Positions 9,478 to 18,283 of a stretch of 64,000 nt of DNA are shown here, piece by piece (the first letter of the stretch is position 1; each line of letters begins with the position of its first letter). The notes under the pieces were generated by a model. That model was not told the DNA's origin, did no database searches, and was given only the letters and a program-made list of their open reading frames with translations. The stretch is from a virus. The DNA is taken from IMG/VR virus record IMGVR_UViG_3300022699_000278, positions 7,070 to 71,069 of that record; one strand, 5' to 3'. The translations under genes and the position numbers were made by a program.

Positions 9478-10271
9478 TCAATGATCCTTCTAATTGCCTT
9501 GACAACCTTCTCAACCGGAGGATTCCATTTATGTTTATCAAGCACCTTGCATGGTGTATTAAATGGATTCCAAAGTCGTTTATACCTGTTGCGGTTAGTT
9601 CCTTTAATAATTTTCAAATACTCGTTTCCGGTAATTACTACATGGGGACATCCGCAAAGAGATGCGAGGTGCATGGGGCCGGAAGAAGTTCCAACACAAA
9701 CTTTGGCAATAATTAGGGTATTACACAATTCCTGCAATGACCTGTCCCGCAGATCAACAGTTCCTTTAACGTGATATGCCCCACTTTTAGTTCCAATAGA
9801 AGCACAATGTTTTGGATCAACACCGAGTAGCTTCATCACTTTTTCGTATCGTGCTGGTGGGAAATTCAATTTTGACTGTCTATACTTTTTCATATGTCGG
9901 GCATGAAAAACAACCTTATAGCCATACCTGTTTGTTGGCGAAGGTGCCGTCCCGTACATAACATATTCCCTCGGCCACATCATACAAACGTTACGGCGTG
10001 GTTCAATAACTTTGGCGTCCGGATACTTCCGCTTTATTTTGTCGGGCATGTGCGTCACCTTGCCATTCAGCAGCCACCGATCGGAGTCACCTTTTTTATC
10101 ATAGTGGTGTATTTTGTCAGCAAAGTCTTCGTATAAGTAGTCATTACCTGTTCTACAAACAATAACCGTTTTGCCATAGTTTCTGGAACGCTTACGTATT
10201 GCCGGTATCCATGTAGTAAGATTCCAACCAAATTCAAGCGCAGTGTCTGGTCCTGCAAGCAATTTTTTCAT
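9474..10271 (-). CDS. Glycosyltransferase family 9 (heptosyltransferase-like)
   Basis: VDLR..SLQEL, VCVGTSSGPMHLASLCGCPHVVI. Confidence 0.8.
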   Translation of the reverse strand: MKKLLAGPDTALEFGWNLTTWIPAIRKRSRNYGKTVIVCRTGNDYLYEDFADKIHHYDKKGDSDRWLLNGKVTHMPDKIKRKYPDAKVIEPRRNVCMMWPREYVMYGTAPSPTNRYGYKVVFHARHMKKYRQSKLNFPPARYEKVMKLLGVDPKHCASIGTKSGAYHVKGTVDLRDRSLQELCNTLIIAKVCVGTSSGPMHLASLCGCPHVVITGNEYLKIIKGTNRNRYKRLWNPFNTPCKVLDKHKWNPPVEKVVKAIRRIIE

Positions 10272-10301
10272 TCGTGCCTTCTATTTCCTCACAACGGATT
10301 G

Positions 10302-10700
10302 CTAATCGTCATTAAATCTTCTTTTGTACGATCCTCGCATTTTATACGGAAACATTTGAAATGTTACCGGGTGGTCCACCCAGCAAACACCGACGTATGC
10401 TGAGCCTTCCGGAAGGCTGTTCATCCAGTCCCTTTGATGTTTATCTAATCTTGAACATGGCATTGTATTTCCTTTTGCCTCTTTAACTTCACATGCGATA
10501 AATTTGCTGTTTCTACTAATATATCCGGTATAATCTGAAATACCATCTGACCGTTCGTAAACTACGGTTAGTTTGTTATTTATTTTTATGACCTTTGACC
10601 GTGGTTGATGTCGGAACATTGCTAAGCCGTTAGATTTGAAATACCACTCTGCAGCCTGTTCACCGGTTGTTCCATTGGATTGTTTTTTTATGGTTGTCAT
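10302..10700 (-). CDS. RecU-like Holliday junction resolvase (PD-(D/E)XK)
   Basis: SDYTG...FIACEVKE...SRLDKHQ. Confidence 0.75.
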   Translation of the reverse strand: MTTIKKQSNGTTGEQAAEWYFKSNGLAMFRHQPRSKVIKINNKLTVVYERSDGISDYTGYISRNSKFIACEVKEAKGNTMPCSRLDKHQRDWMNSLPEGSAYVGVCWVDHPVTFQMFPYKMRGSYKRRFNDD

Positions 10701-10809
10701 ATTAACAACATTTCCAATCTACAGAATTTTTATCGTTGTAGGCAATAAAATTTCGCCATTTTACTAAAACAAAAGACTGACAGACATTAAGAACAAAAGG
10801 AATTATAGT

Positions 10810-11076
10810 ATGACTGATGAACAATATTATAAAATTAAGTCCTTTGTTCTTTCTCTGTTTGAGAAAGAAGAACAGTTTTGGATTGAATCTCATAATTTTT
10901 CTGATTTATTTGACCTTTCTCACGGTTATTATCAAGAATTGATTGAACGTGTGACAAAAGAAGATCACCCCTTTTTGAATGACGCTCGTTGTAAAGACGA
11001 ATACGGCGACCCATCCGGCCAGATTCAGTTCTACCGGAAATTAGAAGAGGGTGGGAACCCTGTCCATTTACAATAG
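10810..11076 (+). CDS. Hypothetical protein, counter-oriented
   Basis: SD AAGGA; preceded by core-like GTTGTAGGCAAT at 10735; antisense to the distal part of ORF 10835-11182. Confidence 0.5.
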   Translation: MTDEQYYKIKSFVLSLFEKEEQFWIESHNFSDLFDLSHGYYQELIERVTKEDHPFLNDARCKDEYGDPSGQIQFYRKLEEGGNPVHLQ

Positions 11077-11362
11077 AATCTAAATCAAATTCAATACCAT
11101 TTAATTCAACATATACAGGAGCATCATCGTTCATAAATGTATCGAATTTATTTAATATCGATCTCAAAGTTCCATAGTTCATATAACAACTCCTAATGGC
11201 GGTACTTTCTATATGCGATCTCTGTTGACAAAAGTATTATGAACCCATTTTATCTAAAATCCAATTACCTATAATAGGTATAGCATATCCAATTGGGATA
11301 CAAATAATCATAGAAACAATAAATGGAACAAAAAACGCTATTAAATAAAGGATGATAACATT

Positions 11363-11857
11363 ATGAGTAGTAATACCCCAGAATGTGTAAATTTTCTCCC
11401 CATCATCAGCACATTTTTTGGTTCTTTCTTTGGTGTTATAATTGGTGCGATTTTGAACAATCGTTTTGTTATCAAGAGTACAGATTTGCATTTTTTTAAT
11501 ATCGCCGCTATTAAGTTTAGAAAAGAAATCCACCCTTTTTATAGTGAAGTTCGAGAAATGCTCTTGAAAGATAACAAAGGAATGATCGGCAACAATGAAA
11601 CATGGTCTTATAGAAGAATGCAACAAATCCTTCCCGAGCATAGAAAAATTATTGAAGAATTTATTTTCTCTATTCCTATTAACCATAGGCATAGCTTCGA
11701 CATAATTGCCGACACATACTGTCCCCAAAAAGAAACATATACAGAAGATGATATTAATGCGATGTATTGGTCTGGAGTTGATATGAAAGTTGAAATGTCT
11801 ATAAGAAATAAAATTAAAGAAAAAATTGAACAGATGATGAATTTTAAAATCACGTGA
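11363..11857 (+). CDS. Hypothetical protein with an N-terminal TM helix (inverted cassette)
   Basis: FLPIISTFFGSFFGVIIGAIL; AT-rich; followed by an attC-like site at 11921-12005. Confidence 0.7.
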   Translation: MSSNTPECVNFLPIISTFFGSFFGVIIGAILNNRFVIKSTDLHFFNIAAIKFRKEIHPFYSEVREMLLKDNKGMIGNNETWSYRRMQQILPEHRKIIEEFIFSIPINHRHSFDIIADTYCPQKETYTEDDINAMYWSGVDMKVEMSIRNKIKEKIEQMMNFKIT

Positions 11858-11920
11858 TCTTTTTATTTTGTTAATTCCAATGCTAATAAAGCATGACAAG
11901 AAGTAAAATGGCGAAAAATT

Positions 11921-12005
11921 ACAGCCTACAACACGCAAAGGCAGGCTCGAAGACTCGCCCAAACGCTGACGCGCTTCTGCATTTGCGGAACCGTTGTTAA
12001 GTAAT
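11921..12005 (+). repeat. attC-like hairpin, short and non-coding
   Basis: ACAGCCTACAAC-A-CGCAAAGGCAG ... CTGCATTTGCG-GAACC-GTTGTTAAGTAAT. Confidence 0.75.
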
Positions 12006-12089
12006 CTCCACATAGTATAATTCCATCCAATATTAAATTCAAAAACTTGTCGCTAACGCTAACTGTTCGCGGTTATGCGAATGTGACAG

Positions 12090-12335
12090 CTATATCAAAT
12101 CCCAAAAATTATCGTTAACCGCTTGCGTAAATTCAGACGGCACATTTTTCTGACTTGCAATAAACTCTGTTAACTTTTCCTTGATATCCGCTAGCATTAC
12201 GGACGAACCGCTGTCGGTGGATGTAACCTTTGCTGCCACTAGATCGGCGACTTCCGCTGCTGCCACTGATGCCGCTTCGTCCGTAATGCACTTGCCACGT
12301 ATAGCATAAAATATTTCGTTGAACAGTGTCGCCAT
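12090..12335 (-). CDS. Hypothetical protein (cassette B1)
   Basis: SD GGGGAG; reads through R''-like ACATCCACCGAC; arm GCGGTT pairs with AACCGC-GAACA-GTTAGCG at about 12057-12074. Confidence 0.6.
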   Translation of the reverse strand: MATLFNEIFYAIRGKCITDEAASVAAAEVADLVAAKVTSTDSGSSVMLADIKEKLTEFIASQKNVPSEFTQAVNDNFWDLI

Positions 12336-12357
12336 ATAACTCCCCAAAGCAAAGTTT

Positions 12358-12386
12358 ATTTACACCAACTTATTGTTATCAGAACC
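12358..12386 (-). other. attI/dif-like recombination site B
   Basis: GGTTCTGATAAC-AATAA-GTTGGTGTAAAT. Confidence 0.6.
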
Positions 12387-12389
12387 ATC

Positions 12390-12701
12390 TTTTTTTATAG
12401 TTTTTCTGTATGTGCCTACCAGACAACGGCTTATTTATTTTTACACCTCTTGGGTCTGGCAAAGAATCGTACAAAACTTTTCGCTTTCTCATCACAACAG
12501 CATCAACAATTCTGTCAAAAAAATTCAATACTATTCAATCCTGTTATCCTTTTCCACTTCCGGTAAACCGCGTGTTCATTATATGATATTGCAATTGTGG
12601 TGCTCATTTGTGTACCAGTTTTTTATAGGGTCCTACTTTTGTATATATTTCGAGAATATGCGATCAATCTTTATCTTCAGTTTATTGTAGTTCTAGTTCA
12701 T
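12390..12701 (-). pseudogene. Possible decayed NinG-like gene
   Basis: Frame from 12701 reads MN*NYNKLKIKIDRIFSKYIQK*DP, resembling NinG N-terminal KLDxxFSxYIRxRD; in-frame stops; directly downstream of ninB-like gene. Confidence 0.35.
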
Positions 12702-12736
12702 TTTCCCTGAAATTTATTAAGTAATATACAGTTGCC

Positions 12737-13153
12737 TTATCTGTTATAGTGTGCATAAAAATCATCCCAACTATCGTCTCCGGGTTCTGGAAGCTGCACA
12801 CCGTTTTCATTCATGAAAAGTTTAATGCTGTCCAGAAACATTGTAAACTGTTTTGAATCCAGTTTGGAGGTGCCGCTTGTTACCGTAACCCTATCACCAA
12901 ACAAATCTTCTTTAATCTCTGGAAGAAACTTTTGGCAAAAGTATTTGTACAGTGTATCCTTGTCATTCCCTGTTTCATCCTGTATGCATTGTAACCACAT
13001 CCACATAAGCCTATTTGATGCGATACTACGAACCTTGCGCTTTGCCTTTACCTCACCGATAAACGGACAGTTGAGCTTTATTGCCCTAACCTGTTGTACA
13101 AACCTCTCCCGATCGGACTCTGTGATAATGATTGTTCTCATCAGAACGGACAA
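12737..13153 (-). CDS. NinB/Orf-family recombination protein
   Basis: RSIASNRLMWMWL...TSKLDSKQFTMFLDSI. Confidence 0.75.
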   Translation of the reverse strand: MSVLMRTIIITESDRERFVQQVRAIKLNCPFIGEVKAKRKVRSIASNRLMWMWLQCIQDETGNDKDTLYKYFCQKFLPEIKEDLFGDRVTVTSGTSKLDSKQFTMFLDSIKLFMNENGVQLPEPGDDSWDDFYAHYNR

Positions 13154-13398
13154 CTATCTTCTGCTTGCGGCTGTTCTCTTTGAAGTGTTTGTGTTGGGGC
13201 ACCTCCATATTCAGGCGCATCTTCACCGATGTGGCCAGACCACCACTTCTTTCCCTCACCAGTGGTTTTTGTCCAGAGCACCACCGGTATTGATATGCCA
13301 AAAATACGAATTTTTCCCTTTAATGAAGGCAACCTCTTTCCCTCCTGTGGTGGCACGCTATTGAGTACAATTTGTCCATTGTTGAGTTTAAAAGCCAT
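13141..13398 (-). CDS. Hypothetical protein (small SSB-like, acidic C-terminus ending PF)
   Basis: Ends EDSCPF; sits in the recombination module. Confidence 0.5.
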   Translation of the reverse strand: MAFKLNNGQIVLNSVPPQEGKRLPSLKGKIRIFGISIPVVLWTKTTGEGKKWWSGHIGEDAPEYGGAPTQTLQREQPQAEDSCPF

Positions 13399-13407
13399 AG
13401 AACGCTC

Positions 13408-14001
13408 CTAAATATTTAGATTGTATCGATTAAGAATATTGTTTAACTTTGTCATAAACCCATTAAGTTTTTCTTCAATTTCGTTGAAGTTTATATCTTT
13501 TGCAAAAAACCTTTTTTCGTAATATGCAAGATCACCGGAAAGATCGGAACAATAACCGAAATAGTCCCAATATTCGCGACCGGTACAAAACAAATTCCAT
13601 TTAATTTGCCATGCATATTTTTTATCTATTTTATCTGTTAAGATAACTCGGATATGGTTATCGGGAAGTAAACATTTTATTTCGACCCCCCCGTTCTCTC
13701 CGATCAACCCGTCGGGAGAACAGCCACACATACTATATACTGGATGTTCAATGTATGCGATTTCTTTTACTGCTGTATTATGTACAATTTTATAATATTC
13801 GAGGGCCTCATTCTCCATTTCAATACCACGTTTCATTGCTTGTGTTAACGGAGTCGCCTTTCTCTGAGCCATAGCAATCTCTGATATTAATAATGCCATA
13901 AGGTTTTTTTGCGCCAACTCGGACCCCATTAAATCATCCGCACGGGTTCCGGTTATCTTCCCGAGCTTTTCCGCAAACCATTCTTCTGACCGCTGTTTCA
14001 T
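13408..14001 (-). CDS. YqaJ/lambda-type exonuclease
   Basis: QRSEEWF..KLGKITG, MKRGIEME, GCSPDGL, VEIKC. Confidence 0.92.
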   Translation of the reverse strand: MKQRSEEWFAEKLGKITGTRADDLMGSELAQKNLMALLISEIAMAQRKATPLTQAMKRGIEMENEALEYYKIVHNTAVKEIAYIEHPVYSMCGCSPDGLIGENGGVEIKCLLPDNHIRVILTDKIDKKYAWQIKWNLFCTGREYWDYFGYCSDLSGDLAYYEKRFFAKDINFNEIEEKLNGFMTKLNNILNRYNLNI

Positions 14002-14002
14002 A

Positions 14003-14563
14003 TTATGCCTCTTTCTTCTTGAGCATTCCGATCACAACAGCGGCAGCACGAAAACCAAGGTCTTCAACAGTTTCCCCCCATCCACGATTTTTGATAAAAT
14101 CGTTAATCTTTTCGGGATCAACTTTTTTTTCTGCTGAAAGGGTGTGTATTTTATTTTTTTGTTCTTCTGTTGCTGGCCTGGTTTCTGTATGCCCGTTCAA
14201 GCTACCGTCATCGTCGTAAGTGAGTACGTTGAGTATACAGCATAACGAATACCTTCGTGCATACGTCAGGGCACTTCCAAATCGTATGGCCTCTGGTTTT
14301 GGCATTAGTAGGGTTATATTTACAACAGATTCTAATTGGCTTTCGTCATCATACAGTATTGTCTTTAGAAGCTGTTGTCCATCTCCTACCGTAGGAATAT
14401 AACAAACAGAAAGCCCTAATTCTATTAGAATTGGCATTACCGCATTTGTTACATCTTCGAGGTTCGCATATTTTGATTTTGTAAATTCGTTATTGCGGGT
14501 TTTATTTACACCAGAAAAAAGCCTCTGAAATTCAGCTATTTTTGTTAACATTTTTTGATTCAT
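14003..14563 (-). CDS. ERF-family ssDNA annealing protein
   Basis: SKYANLEDV, GSALTYARRYSL, DDDG; SD GGGAGG. Confidence 0.92.
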   Translation of the reverse strand: MNQKMLTKIAEFQRLFSGVNKTRNNEFTKSKYANLEDVTNAVMPILIELGLSVCYIPTVGDGQQLLKTILYDDESQLESVVNITLLMPKPEAIRFGSALTYARRYSLCCILNVLTYDDDGSLNGHTETRPATEEQKNKIHTLSAEKKVDPEKINDFIKNRGWGETVEDLGFRAAAVVIGMLKKKEA

Positions 14564-14616
14564 TCTTACCTCCCATTCACTTTGGCATGCTTTGATTACT
14601 CTTAATGGAATCATTA

Positions 14617-14859
14617 TTATGTGCTGTTGCCAGCCGACTCCATATTATTACTTTGGCCAGCGGACATGTTCAGGCGCTCATCATCGCGCCGATAATACTT
14701 TTCGAAACTATCCCAACTGTGATATGCACCATAAAACTCCATTGATGCATTGTAAACCATAGTGCCGTCGTGAGTATCGAAGTAAATAAACTGGACAGGT
14801 ACACCAAGTTTGCTATGCAGCTTGTGAGCGCCAATTCGCGTTACACCACTGAGGTTCAT
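14617..14859 (-). CDS. Hypothetical protein enclosed in an inverted-repeat loop
   Basis: SD AGGAG; flanked by an imperfect IR of about 38 nt (14621-14658 vs 14874-14912; TTGCCAGCCGA/TCGGCTGGCAA). Confidence 0.55.
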   Translation of the reverse strand: MNLSGVTRIGAHKLHSKLGVPVQFIYFDTHDGTMVYNASMEFYGAYHSWDSFEKYYRRDDERLNMSAGQSNNMESAGNST

Positions 14860-14924
14860 TTTGTCTCCTATCCGGCCAACTATAATTATAGACTCGGCTG
14901 GCAATTTTGCACTGCTGCTATTGA

Positions 14925-15140
14925 TTACCATATTATTCTTTTGGCGAACGGGTTAATCGCTATAGCCTTGTGCTCAAAAGGATCAATAAAGCGCAACTCA
15001 CCACGATCTTTAATAAACTCCATAACTGGGTAACGGCACTCTCTACCATTCACCTTTGTAAATCCTACATTCCAACGCAAAAATCGAAATCCATTTTCAT
15101 GTGCGATACGTTTAGCATCTTTAATCAACGTTTTTACCAT
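14925..15140 (-). CDS. Hypothetical protein (cassette C2)
   Basis: SD GGGGGA; follows core GTTGATTGCAAT at 15195. Confidence 0.6.
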   Translation of the reverse strand: MVKTLIKDAKRIAHENGFRFLRWNVGFTKVNGRECRYPVMEFIKDRGELRFIDPFEHKAIAINPFAKRIIW

Positions 15141-15183
15141 TGTATCCCCCAGTGAGCCAACCTATAAAATAAAAATCAATTTA

Positions 15184-15355
15184 ATTGCAATCAACGTTCT
15201 CAGGCGCCCGCCCGAAGTTGCTGATATACAAATTTACAAAACTGTGATAATACGCGCATGTCTCGACCATCAGCACACGTTGACTTATCTTCCACATACT
15301 TGTGAACCATTTCCTTAACGTCAGGCAATTTTGGACTGCCTGTGTTGTTAGACGT
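15184..15355 (-). repeat. attC-like hairpin C1 with a coding loop
   Basis: ACGTCTAACAAC-A-CAGGCAGTCCAAAATTGC ... GCAACTTCGGGCGGGCGCCTG-AGAAC-GTTGATTGCAAT. Confidence 0.75.
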
Positions 15356-15517
15356 AACTGGACCCACCGCAACACCATGTGAGGCCAAAATGTTATTTAA
15401 TTCCACCATAAGACCGCCGAAACGATTACGAACAACCTGCGGACGTTCTAATATTTCGAATAATGATTCACCGATGATAGAGTATGTATCAAGTAATACT
15501 TTTACTTCTTTTTTCAT
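15200..15517 (-). CDS. Hypothetical protein (cassette C1)
   Basis: SD GGAGG; contains NNTGSPK and ends LRAGA*, both encoded by attC arms. Confidence 0.65.
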   Translation of the reverse strand: MKKEVKVLLDTYSIIGESLFEILERPQVVRNRFGGLMVELNNILASHGVAVGPVTSNNTGSPKLPDVKEMVHKYVEDKSTCADGRDMRVLSQFCKFVYQQLRAGA

Positions 15518-15547
15518 GGTCGAACCTCCAATATAAAAGGGCCAGTT

Positions 15548-15576
15548 ATGTTTTACAACTACTTGCTATGCGTAAT
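15548..15576 (-). other. attI/dif-like recombination site C
   Basis: ATTACGCATAGC-AAGTA-GTTGTAAAACAT; first 21 nt differ by 1 nt from site D at 30570. Confidence 0.7.
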
Positions 15577-15598
15577 GTACAATAGTAAGTCGTTGTAT

Positions 15599-15901
15599 TT
15601 ACAAATTTTCCTCTAATCGTGGTATCATCACTTTCCCATTAATCATTACACTGTGTACCATAAAACGAGGTTCTTTCTCAACGTACGATTTTACCACAAC
15701 AGAAGCCTTGCCGGGATCAATTTCGTACAACTGCTTTTTAATGGCTTTAAGTAGTGATGCCACCGTGAGCTTATTCGTTTCATCCATGGTTACTAATTCA
15801 CTTCTGTTTAACATGAAATGCATTGAATTGCAATGCATAGCCACAGCATCGACTATTTCGTGCTTATCTACAACAGTTGATGTCATCAGCGATTTAATCA
15901 T
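15599..15901 (-). CDS. Hypothetical protein
   Basis: 100-aa ORF overlapping the upstream RHH-like gene stop. Confidence 0.6.
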   Translation of the reverse strand: MIKSLMTSTVVDKHEIVDAVAMHCNSMHFMLNRSELVTMDETNKLTVASLLKAIKKQLYEIDPGKASVVVKSYVEKEPRFMVHSVMINGKVMIPRLEENL

Positions 15902-16061
15902 CAGCGTTTTCCTTTTTTCCCAGAATTAGATCACACTGTTCATCTATCCCGTTGCGTATTATTCTCGTTATTGGTATTCCGGATTTTTTTGCAGCCTTAA
16001 TGAGCCGTATTTTCATAGGTCTGAGAACTTTGAGATTTATTGATTTCCACTTATTTTTCAT
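15894..16061 (-). CDS. Small ribbon-helix-helix-like regulator (55 aa, not in the ORF track)
   Basis: MKNKWKSINLKVLRPMKIRLIKAAKKSGIPITRIIRNGIDEQ; first gene of the recombination operon. Confidence 0.6.
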   Translation of the reverse strand: MKNKWKSINLKVLRPMKIRLIKAAKKSGIPITRIIRNGIDEQCDLILGKKENADD

Positions 16062-16158
16062 AGAATATCTTTATGGTTGATTTTATACAACCAGTGATTT
16101 TATGTAACGGACAAGAGTTTTTATGTAACACTAATATACTACATGTGTAATATGAATG

Positions 16159-16950
16159 TTATTCTTTTTTCATATTTCTTAATATTTTTTCACATTTTTT
16201 TTCCAGTGCCTTTTTTTTGGCAGACGGGTTGTTATTCCAGTAATAAATTATGTCTTTCACATACCCTACATTTTTAAGTCCGGCTATTTCGATACACGGA
16301 AACATCAAGGCCATATCGCTTGCAGCTTCGAGCCATTTGCCCTTGTGCCTAAACCACTCAGGTTTTGCCATTTTTATTATCTTCCACTGAATGGTTTTCA
16401 GGTGGGAAAACCTCCATGGCATCTTTCTTATGTTCCCGGACGTGTGATGCATGCGGCTTATTTTTGTTCTGCGCCCCTTTGATCTTTTCTTATAGCTTCC
16501 ATGGGTAATCTTCCTGCCTTTTTTATAGTGGGGCACCACTTTTTTCAATGCGAGGCTGCTTATCCAGTCATCGGCATCTACTATTACTGCCACGTCCTTA
16601 TACCTTGGCCTCAATAGTTTTTCGGCCTGTTTAATGATGTTATACATATTGTGGCACAGTCCAAGCCACTTATAATTACATACTACTGTTATCCTATGAT
16701 CTTTCATTGCAGCCATTTCGGCCACCCATAGTGAGTTATCGGTAGGTTTGTCGAGGCATACAAGTGCCTTCCAGTGCGGGTATGTTTGTCGAGTAATCGA
16801 TCGCAAACACTTTTCGATTGAATTCGAGCAGTTTCTGCCACGTATCAAGAATATAAACGTTAACAGCTTTTTACGTGTCGTCTCACCCTTCTGAGCATGC
16901 TGCGTATTTTCGCGTTTTTCGTAGTCATCAAGGTGGATATCTTCTGCCAT
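16159..16950 (-). CDS. Glycosyltransferase family 2 (true start uncertain)
   Basis: IEKCLRSITRQTYPHW, LDKPTD, VIVDADDW, ASD. Confidence 0.85.
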   Translation of the reverse strand: MAEDIHLDDYEKRENTQHAQKGETTRKKLLTFIFLIRGRNCSNSIEKCLRSITRQTYPHWKALVCLDKPTDNSLWVAEMAAMKDHRITVVCNYKWLGLCHNMYNIIKQAEKLLRPRYKDVAVIVDADDWISSLALKKVVPHYKKGRKITHGSYKKRSKGRRTKISRMHHTSGNIRKMPWRFSHLKTIQWKIIKMAKPEWFRHKGKWLEAASDMALMFPCIEIAGLKNVGYVKDIIYYWNNNPSAKKKALEKKCEKILRNMKKE

Positions 16951-17762
16951 ACCGGCTCCTGTTCAAGGTGTATGAAATTTCGTACATTTTCATCAGACAT
17001 TCTTCTTGTCAGTCGGCGAAAACCGTGTTTCTTCTTACCGAAATCACCAAGGTGTATATCACGGTACATTTTTGGAACATGGTATCCGTGATATGTTTTC
17101 CCTTTTTTTCTTGGTGTTGGAAGTCCTGATTTTTTTATTATTCGATAGAGCATTACTTCATCGTATTCACGATACGAAGCCGGTTTATTGTTGTCGAATT
17201 TATCGACAAGCCCACGTTTTAGATTATGCCGGTATTCGTTCAGGGCTTTTTCTGTTTTTTTATACCATGCTTTAACGTTGAATGAAAAACTTCCTCCGGC
17301 AATTCTGGTGAAGTTACCTTTCCATCCGATGCGATTTACAGCATATCGTCTGGGGTGTCTGTAAGGACCTCTCACGCCGAAATACGGCAGGCCCTTCATT
17401 TTTTTTATAAAATATTCAGCATGGGTAGGTTTGTGGCTGAATATGAGGAAGTCAATGTCTTTAACAAGAACATAGTCATACCCTTTGTAGCTCTGCTTAG
17501 ACACAAGGAATCTCAGGCTGTTTGTCATTGATGTTTTATCAGGATAGGCAGAGAAGGTGTTTTCTTTTACCTCCCATCCGTCGTATGGTATGAGCGCGAG
17601 AGCGTTTTTCACATCCTGTTTCAGTGTACCGGTAACGAACACTTTTACCCCAACGTCCGGGTATGCCCGTTTAACGGTGTACACGAAAAGTGGTATATAA
17701 TAGGAATAGCTGTCAGCAGTACAGACTGACGTAAAACATACTTTGTGTTTGTATTTTATCAT
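16860..17762 (-). CDS. Putative GT-A-like protein
   Basis: YDYVLVKDIDFLI DxD motif, DEVMLY; coupled to the GT2 gene. Confidence 0.5.
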   Translation of the reverse strand: MIKYKHKVCFTSVCTADSYSYYIPLFVYTVKRAYPDVGVKVFVTGTLKQDVKNALALIPYDGWEVKENTFSAYPDKTSMTNSLRFLVSKQSYKGYDYVLVKDIDFLIFSHKPTHAEYFIKKMKGLPYFGVRGPYRHPRRYAVNRIGWKGNFTRIAGGSFSFNVKAWYKKTEKALNEYRHNLKRGLVDKFDNNKPASYREYDEVMLYRIIKKSGLPTPRKKGKTYHGYHVPKMYRDIHLGDFGKKKHGFRRLTRRMSDENVRNFIHLEQEPVWQKISTLMTTKNAKIRSMLRRVRRHVKSC

Positions 17763-18283
17763 ATCTTTGTACTCAGCTTGTACATTGGCACGGCTGTGAC
17801 AAGTCGACCATTCTGGTATAGCTCCACTATTTTATTGTATACTCGTCCGGTAGTATACTTATCTCCCTTAAATATTATTTCAACGCCCTGTTCAATATCG
17901 TCCTTTGTGTAGTGCTTCTTTTTCGTACATTTCGGCCCGATTCTTCTGATAAGATACAGCCCCGGCACTTTCCCATCATTCTTTTTTCTGATGTTGGCTA
18001 TTTTTTCTCTTTCCCTGTAATCTGGCTGGCCGATTGATATGAGATATTCGCTGCGTGTCGGGTCATCCATTCTTCTCTTTGTCGTCTTCACCCGCCATGT
18101 TCCCCTGTGGTTCAGCAGTACGGATGCTGCGTTTATATCCGGTTCTGACATGCAGAGTTCGATAGCCCGTTTTGTCATGCCAAGGGTTTTATGGTGTGTC
18201 TCCCACGGTTTTCCCGTTATCATCGCCATTGCTCCTCCAAACCAAGAATTTTTCTTTTCCGACCGTTTCCTGTTTAAATCCAT
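17759..18283 (-). CDS. Hypothetical protein
   Basis: Operonic ORF with ATGA overlap. Confidence 0.6.
   Translation of the reverse strand: MDLNRKRSEKKNSWFGGAMAMITGKPWETHHKTLGMTKRAIELCMSEPDINAASVLLNHRGTWRVKTTKRRMDDPTRSEYLISIGQPDYREREKIANIRKKNDGKVPGLYLIRRIGPKCTKKKHYTKDDIEQGVEIIFKGDKYTTGRVYNKIVELYQNGRLVTAVPMYKLSTKI

Noticed and set aside
10283-10312. Possible att site GATTAGC-AATCC-GTTGTGAG before the GT9 gene
   Set aside because: Spacing fits, but the right arm is off by one and no matching inverse core or hairpin was found.
11237-12013. 258-aa minus-strand ORF
   Set aside because: Antisense shadow of the plus-strand cassette gene 11363-11857, with atypical F/I/N-rich composition.
16080-16135. 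Additional attI-like site (GTTGTATAAAAT on the minus strand)
   Set aside because: The left arm lacks A(A/G)C and no attC follows; the TTTTATGTAAC direct repeat here fits better as an operator for the RHH-like gene.
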